DNA of 33,392 nt, from positions 1-33,392 of the forward strand of contig LWCA01000304.1 in the NCBI GenBank assembly GCA_001642005.1, in the 5' to 3' direction. The notes under the pieces are model-generated. The model had not been told where the DNA came from. It was given only the letters and a program-made list of their open reading frames with translations, and did no database searches. Below are positions 33,098 to 33,392 of the stretch, piece by piece. Both the position numbers and the translations under genes were made by a program. The DNA is from Intoshia linei. Its lineage: Eukaryota > Animalia > Orthonectida. The first letter of the stretch is position 1; the number at the start of each line of letters is the position of its first letter.

Positions 33098-33392
33098 TTA
33101 GGTCGTTTCATAAGTAATGTCGTTTTTTTAACAAAATTAAAAAGTTTATTTGATTACATTAAAAATAAAGTTATATTATAAAATATTCAACATTGCTTTC
33201 CAGTCTTTTTTCCAACGTTCCGGTAGTCTATTTATACCATTAGCATAAAAACTCGCTTCTTTATTGGACAAAAACTTTTCTATGTCCAATTTTAACTCTT
33301 CATTTTAAGTGTATTTTTACCATAGTCATGGTTACTCATAGCTTTAAATAAGTAATAATCAGATGGTGCTAAGCCTGGTGAATACGGTGGAT
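33098..33392 (-). mobile_element. Mariner (DD34D) transposon 3' end, defective; continues past the right edge
   Basis: The minus strand reads PPYSPGLAPSDYYLFKAM / EELKLDIEKFLSNKEASFYANGINRLPERWKK (YSPDLAPSD motif, frameshifted). The TIR TA|TTAGGTCGTTTCATAAGTAATGTCGTTTTT resembles Hsmar1/cecropia-type ends. Confidence 0.9.

Overview
Very AT-rich (roughly a quarter GC by eye) eukaryotic, metazoan-type genomic DNA. The genes are intron-dense, with many 31-50 nt GT-AG mini-introns. This pattern fits a compacted invertebrate genome such as an orthonectid; that is an inference and the taxon is not proven. From left to right: (1) a ~640-bp tandem array at 1-3080 whose unit is built from minus-strand transposon-derived coding fragments (a hAT transposase piece and a half PHD finger); (2) a graveyard of transposable-element (TE) relics at 3100-7690 (CGGBP1-like hAT, LINE endonuclease, Tigger/pogo, Mutator/SWIM); (3) 20 exons of a Sly1/SCFD1 Sec1-family gene at 7731-13526 (+), whose N-terminal exons are not found in the window; (4) a 7-exon conserved-hypothetical coiled-coil gene with an MGC acylation start at 14658-18446 (+); (5) an 11-exon coiled-coil gene at 20574-29371 (-), head-to-head with an EFCAB10-like gene at 29473-30229 (+); (6) many hAT MITEs, three loci of one non-autonomous Helitron family, and a mariner end at the right edge. 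No prokaryotic systems, CRISPR arrays, rRNA or tRNA genes were seen. All exon models were read by hand and checked only for splice-site and reading-frame consistency.
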